Shown: piece after piece, positions 59,786 to 64,000 of the stretch
How positions within the stretch are numbered: the first letter of the stretch is position 1
How the letters are laid out: each line of letters opens with the position of its first letter
Program-made: the position numbers and the translations under genes
The notes under the pieces: model-generated
Told to the model about the DNA's origin: nothing
What the model saw: the letters and a program-made list of their open reading frames with translations, nothing else
The model's database searches: none
Assembly (NCBI GenBank): GCA_028687915.1
Contig: JAQTZF010000001.1
Coordinates: forward strand, 802,634-866,633
Source of the DNA: Candidatus Daviesbacteria bacterium
Lineage (GTDB): Bacteria > Patescibacteriota > Microgenomatia > Daviesbacterales > UBA10151
Length of the DNA stretch: 64,000 nucleotides
Reading direction: 5' to 3'

Positions 59786-60937
59786 TTATTTTTGATATTT
59801 TAAGAAGGTATCTTCACCTAAAATAATTGTAATATCAGCCCTTGTCGTATCCAAACTTACATTATCCAAAACACAATCCCCACCCTTTCCCAGACCTGGT
59901 AATGGAATGTTTTGCCAAAAGCTTACCAGCTTTTTCTGTGGACAGGATAAATTTAATTTTTCAGTTAAATATTTTGTTGTGTAACTATGTTTAGCTAAAA
60001 TTATACTTTTATCAACTTTTTCAGGAGCATTAGCAGTAAAGATAACCCGAGCTCCCATATTTGTTAATAGTTTAGCAGCCTGTTCTGCTAAACCAGGTAC
60101 CTCTGTAGCATTAAATATTCCAATAGTTTGACCATCCTTTTTAATTTGACCGGTTTCGAAATGCCCTTCTTCAAAGCGGTCTATTTTGATTTCATCTAAA
60201 GCGATTACCCTACTACCATCCGGCAGAAGCAGCCATTCTGTTAAATCTGATTTTTCCAAATCAATACTACTTATTTTATCTTCACGCACCTCTTTAATTG
60301 CCCACCATATCTTAAAGAACTCAATTAAATTTAAATCAGTTTTAGCACTCGCTAAAATATCCACTCCTGGTAATAAACTCCCTCTCTCTTTTTGTAATAA
60401 ATCTGATAACTTGCCATCACCATTATTAAATATTAAATAACCATCTGCCAAAATATCAAAGGAGCGGTTAATTGAATCCCTGAGTAGCTGAGGACCCATG
60501 GGGATGCTTTCTGACTGGCCAAGATCATAAATACTTCTCATTGGCCATCTGCCAAAATCATAAGGAACATTCAAATGAATATCTTCAGGAAATTTAATAA
60601 CAGTTAACTCTTTCCCTTCCGGCTGATAAGATAATAAATAAGAATCTTTCATCTTTACAACTAAATTAAATTGGCTTTGTCCATCCCAGGAATAAAGTTT
60701 TGGTTGATTGTTTTTAGTAATAGTTGTATTTAGCCCTCCCAAAAAGCCAAAAAGCTTACCTACTAAAATAAGAGCTATTAAGAAAAACAAAGCAGTGATG
60801 CCTAAGGTGATTTGATTGTTGCTGCGTGCAACTTTAAGTTTTTTCTTTTTCGGGGTTGATTGAAGCCGGATTGATGCTTTCCGTTCGTATTTTTTCCAAT
60901 TTAACTTAACGCTAGTTCTTCGGGCAGTTCTAGACAT
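59786..60937 (-). CDS. Membrane-anchored protein with a C-terminal LytR_C domain and a degenerate LCP-like core
   Basis: C-terminal GIFNATEVPGLAEQAAKLLTNMGARVIFTANAP; basic N-terminus plus TM. Confidence 0.5.
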   Translation of the reverse strand: MSRTARRTSVKLNWKKYERKASIRLQSTPKKKKLKVARSNNQITLGITALFFLIALILVGKLFGFLGGLNTTITKNNQPKLYSWDGQSQFNLVVKMKDSYLLSYQPEGKELTVIKFPEDIHLNVPYDFGRWPMRSIYDLGQSESIPMGPQLLRDSINRSFDILADGYLIFNNGDGKLSDLLQKERGSLLPGVDILASAKTDLNLIEFFKIWWAIKEVREDKISSIDLEKSDLTEWLLLPDGSRVIALDEIKIDRFEEGHFETGQIKKDGQTIGIFNATEVPGLAEQAAKLLTNMGARVIFTANAPEKVDKSIILAKHSYTTKYLTEKLNLSCPQKKLVSFWQNIPLPGLGKGGDCVLDNVSLDTTRADITIILGEDTFLKYQK

Positions 60938-60949
60938 AAAAAAACAATA

Positions 60950-61081
60950 TTACCTTTCTTTCTTTTCTTTGCTAATTACTTCTGGCGGAGTAAAAACGGG
61001 AGCGAATCCCGAATATCCTTCTGAAGCACTTTTCTTTTTCTTCTTTTTTTCGCCTTTATAAAAGCTACCAAATGATCCCAT
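60950..61081 (-). CDS. 43-aa Lys-rich small protein MGSFGSFYKGEKKKKKKSASEGYSGFAPVFTPPEVISKEKKER
   Basis: Perfect SD AAGGAGGTG 7 nt upstream of the ATG; stop 12 nt before the downstream gene start. Confidence 0.4.
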   Translation of the reverse strand: MGSFGSFYKGEKKKKKKSASEGYSGFAPVFTPPEVISKEKKER

Positions 61082-61114
61082 TTATAACACCTCCTTTAGT
61101 CCTCCGTTGGAGGA

Positions 61115-61339
61115 TTACGTAAACAAATATATTAACACTGTCATAATTAGCAAAGCAATTCCAGAATATAAAGTTAAACTTCGGGTTAACTCAATGAGGC
61201 CAACACCAGACAAAGTTAAGAGCAATCCTGAAACGCCAATCAAAAGAATTAGAATTACTTTTTTGAATCTATTAAACCCTTGCTCAAGAAAAATATTTAC
61301 TCTCTCCATAATTAAGTTTAGAGTAAAAGCCACACCCAA
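61115..61339 (-). CDS. Small two-TM membrane protein (TTG start, or 64 aa from the internal ATG)
   Basis: Hydrophobic ORF on the same strand as its neighbours; no SD. Confidence 0.25.
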   Translation of the reverse strand: MGVAFTLNLIMERVNIFLEQGFNRFKKVILILLIGVSGLLLTLSGVGLIELTRSLTLYSGIALLIMTVLIYLFT

Positions 61340-61349
61340 ATCAAGTGTT

Positions 61350-63059
61350 TCAATTAAATGTAGTATGCTTGCGGGAGAGCTTATTTATTTCTACTTTAGA
61401 ACGATCTTTAAAAAAGTCCATGTTTGGCCAATGACTTCTTAACATTTGTGTGACAAAATCTCCTGAAACTACATCCGGCAGGATTACATAATCAGCTCCT
61501 GCTTTATATAATTCCTCTGCTTCGGTCGTATCAGAAGCTCTGATAACAATTGCTGCTTTAGCATTTTTACGTCTTAACTCTGTTACCAGCACTAAATTAT
61601 CATCAGAACTATCGGTGGTAGAAATAATTAATTTAGCAGTATGCAAATCTAAAAACTCTAAAACCTCGGGATCACCAATATCACCAAAAAGAACATGTAC
61701 TCTTTCCCCAACTAATTTTTTAACAACATCCGGATCAATATCCACAACCAAAAATGGAATCCCTTCCCGTTTTAAGTATTTTACTATTTCTCCACCCATC
61801 CACTTTGCTCCAATCAATACCACATGGTCTTCTAACCCCACTACTTTTTTATCTACAGGTTTTGCTACCCCACTATGTTCAAAAAATCCTACAAATCCGC
61901 TCATTTTCTCATAAATCTGCCTGGAATAAGAAATCATAATGGATGAAAAAATAATAGAAATTACACCCACCAAAGCCATTGCAGTTAGGGCGCTTTGGGG
62001 AACTATACCCAAACGCACCCCTACCACCATGATGATTAGGGAAAATTCAGAAACTTGTGAAAGATTGATTGCTGTTTGAAACATTGTGTGTTTGCGGAAA
62101 CCAAAAGAGCCTAGTATTAAAAGAAAGATTAATGGTTTTAAAACAATGGCATAAAGAGTAAAAAGAATAATGATAGGTAAAACCTCTGATACATTTGAAA
62201 ACATAACCTGAGACCCTAGATAAACAAAAAATAATGTCACAAAGAAATCTCTTAATGGCTTTACTTTACCTTGAATTTCATAATGGAAAGGAGAATTAGC
62301 TAATGCTATTCCAGCCAGAAAGGCACCTATCACCACTGAAAATCCCATGGCCTGAGCTAAAACAATATAGATGAAACACCAGGCTAATGCTGTTAAAAAT
62401 AATAGTTCTGCAGATTTGGCAACAGCATTGAAAATTTTTGTTAATACATAGTGGGATAAAATTACAGCCAGAACAAAAAGCAAAATTCCTTTTAGAACAA
62501 GGGCCACCAATGGTAAGCTGCTTTGTAAGCCAGTATTAGCAAAAGAGGTAGAAACAGTCATAGCCATTAACACCATGATTGCAACCAAATCCTCTACTAA
62601 TAAAATACCAATACTTAATTTTCCATATAAGGAACCAAGATCTTTTTTCTCTAACAACATTTTAACAACCACTATAGTTGATGAAAAAGAAAGACCAGCC
62701 CCTAAATAAAAGCTAATAGTTTGAGAATACCCTAAGAATGTAGAGATTAAGAATCCTGTTAAAAAGGCAAATAATATTTGTCCTAAAGAGGCTGCTGCAA
62801 TAGGCTTACCCAGACTTTTTAACTCTTTTAAATCTAACTCCATACCAATAAAAAACAACACAAAAGCCACACCGATATCTGGTAAAAAGGTAGCAAATTG
62901 AAAAGTTGAGGAATTAAAAATTTGGAATAAAGATAAAACTACTCCTGCAACTAAATAAGCTACCACTAAAGGAAATTTAAAAATCCTTACTATAAATCCC
63001 AGGGCAGAAGATAAACCTAAAACTATTGCTAGCTGTATAAATAAAGAATTTGATGCCAT
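61350..63059 (-). CDS. CPA2-family monovalent cation/H+ antiporter (Kef-type) with a C-terminal RCK/TrkA-N domain
   Basis: 12 or more TM helices; Rossmann motif VVLIGAKWMGGEIVKYL…VVDIDPD. Confidence 0.8.
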   Translation of the reverse strand: MASNSLFIQLAIVLGLSSALGFIVRIFKFPLVVAYLVAGVVLSLFQIFNSSTFQFATFLPDIGVAFVLFFIGMELDLKELKSLGKPIAAASLGQILFAFLTGFLISTFLGYSQTISFYLGAGLSFSSTIVVVKMLLEKKDLGSLYGKLSIGILLVEDLVAIMVLMAMTVSTSFANTGLQSSLPLVALVLKGILLFVLAVILSHYVLTKIFNAVAKSAELLFLTALAWCFIYIVLAQAMGFSVVIGAFLAGIALANSPFHYEIQGKVKPLRDFFVTLFFVYLGSQVMFSNVSEVLPIIILFTLYAIVLKPLIFLLILGSFGFRKHTMFQTAINLSQVSEFSLIIMVVGVRLGIVPQSALTAMALVGVISIIFSSIMISYSRQIYEKMSGFVGFFEHSGVAKPVDKKVVGLEDHVVLIGAKWMGGEIVKYLKREGIPFLVVDIDPDVVKKLVGERVHVLFGDIGDPEVLEFLDLHTAKLIISTTDSSDDNLVLVTELRRKNAKAAIVIRASDTTEAEELYKAGADYVILPDVVSGDFVTQMLRSHWPNMDFFKDRSKVEINKLSRKHTTFN

Positions 63060-63064
63060 AAATA

Positions 63065-63847
63065 CTATTTTATTATTTGTAAATTATCCAAGGCTTCCTG
63101 TAAATCGTTAGGAAGAGGGCTGTCAAAGCTCATCCTTTTTCCTGTTGTGGGATGATCAAATTCCAAATGAGCAGCATGTAAAAATTGCCGTTTAACCCAT
63201 CTATGATCTAATCTGGTAGTTTTTCGACCACCATATTTATCATCCCCTACAATAGGAAAACCCAGGTACTTTAAATGTACCCTAATTTGATGAGTCCGTC
63301 CAGTCCGCGGAAAACAACGAAGTAATGTAAATTTTCCATAACCAGTTCTTTCCAGTTTTCGCATTTGGATTGAATTAAACCCTTCAAATATTTGCTGAAG
63401 ACTGACGACTGAAAGCTGAAAGCTATTCATTGGTTTATATTCAGTAACAGCTTCTTTTACTGTTAAACCTTCACCTTTAAATTTCAGCTGGTCTATTGTT
63501 GTAAATTTTTCTCTGTCACCAGGATGTCTTAAAATACTTGCTTCAATTATTCCTTCTTTTTCTACTAAACCATGAACTAATGCTAAATATTCTTTTTGGA
63601 CATTACGCTCTTTAAACTGTGACTGAAGATTTTCCAGAGACTCTTTAGTTTTTGCTACTACCAAAAGACCCGAAGTATCTTTATCCAATCTATGTACAAT
63701 CCCTGAACGATCAAGATTTATACTAAATTCTTTACCAAGAATATCCTCAAGTGAAGGTTCTATCTGAGTTTCAGAGGAGGTGGAAACTATACCAGCTGGT
63801 TTTTCTAAAACCAGGATTTGATCATCTTGGAAAACTACAGAAATCAT
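63065..63847 (-). CDS. RluA-family pseudouridine synthase
   Basis: Catalytic motif VHRLDKDTSGLLVVAKT. Confidence 0.8.
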   Translation of the reverse strand: MISVVFQDDQILVLEKPAGIVSTSSETQIEPSLEDILGKEFSINLDRSGIVHRLDKDTSGLLVVAKTKESLENLQSQFKERNVQKEYLALVHGLVEKEGIIEASILRHPGDREKFTTIDQLKFKGEGLTVKEAVTEYKPMNSFQLSVVSLQQIFEGFNSIQMRKLERTGYGKFTLLRCFPRTGRTHQIRVHLKYLGFPIVGDDKYGGRKTTRLDHRWVKRQFLHAAHLEFDHPTTGKRMSFDSPLPNDLQEALDNLQIIK

Positions 63848-64000
63848 TGTTTAGTCAGAAAGTTTTTGATTTCCTTTAAAATCTCATCAGGGTTCATTGC
63901 TGATTTAATTAAATAACCAGATGCCCCTAATTCAAAAGCCTGATTAATAACAGTGTTATTGCCTAAGTTTGTGAGAACAATAATTGGCCCATTAGAATTT
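63844..64000 (-). CDS. Response-regulator receiver domain protein, C-terminal part only (N-terminus beyond window end)
   Basis: …PIIVLTNLGNN…AFELGASGYLIKS… REC-domain end; ATGA overlap with the RluA gene. Confidence 0.45.
   Translation of the reverse strand, partial: NSNGPIIVLTNLGNNTVINQAFELGASGYLIKSAMNPDEILKEIKNFLTKQ

Noticed and set aside
61107-61442. 111-aa plus-strand ORF
   Set aside because: Overlaps the 3' end of the antiporter gene and a co-oriented small membrane ORF on the opposite strand; no SD or motifs; likely spurious.

Overview
The window is low-GC (about 35%) and gene-dense, with housekeeping genes in conserved bacterial synteny: rpmF–nusB–ACP-like–rnc, rpsP–KH protein–trmD, holB'–gyrB, murC/murI/murD, def, ddl, gyrA, xerC/D, ruvC–yebC and recG. 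An archaeal/eukaryotic-type TyrRS, a type IV pilus cluster with no secretin, small proteins and the absence of fatty-acid synthesis genes suggest a reduced-genome CPR/Patescibacteria-like bacterium; this is inference. Three accessory regions stand out. (1) 2309–11668 is a tightly coupled four-gene plus-strand operon: a small acidic protein, a 1134-aa Gly-zipper membrane protein, a 1214-aa repeat-rich protein with an embedded GT9 (heptosyltransferase-like) glycosyltransferase domain, and an LCP (LytR-CpsA-Psr) phosphotransferase with Tat-like RR motifs. It is a candidate, apparently undescribed, cell-surface glycoconjugate or protein-glycosylation system. (2) 17507–35442 is an 18-kb minus-strand type IV pilus locus: pilB-pilT-pilC-pilD, at least 10 pilin-like genes, a GT-C membrane glycosyltransferase, a tandem mosaic major-pilin pair, a pilin fused to two discoidin/F5-8 type C lectin domains, a GspK-like and a beta-helix giant protein, and pilM-pilN-pilO. 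(3) 49687–54567 is a minus-strand operon of secreted or anchored proteins: two cohesin-like proteins (one with a sortase-like LPGTA C-terminal sorting signal), an 852-aa Cys-rich protein, and two paralogs sharing a conserved N-terminal anchor motif. Non-coding features: a ~70-bp imperfect palindromic repeat in two inverted copies (1473–1544, 54793–54860); a GC-rich ~150-nt island (55201–55350) in an 840-bp gene-free region that also holds tandem DnaA-box-like 9-mers and CGACGTCG palindromes; an 18-bp perfect palindrome abutting the pilB start; and several promoters placing the -10 box 6–8 nt from the ATG (rpsP, gyrB, def, recG, a 97-aa ORF), implying leaderless mRNAs. No CRISPR array, rRNA or tRNA was recognised by eye.
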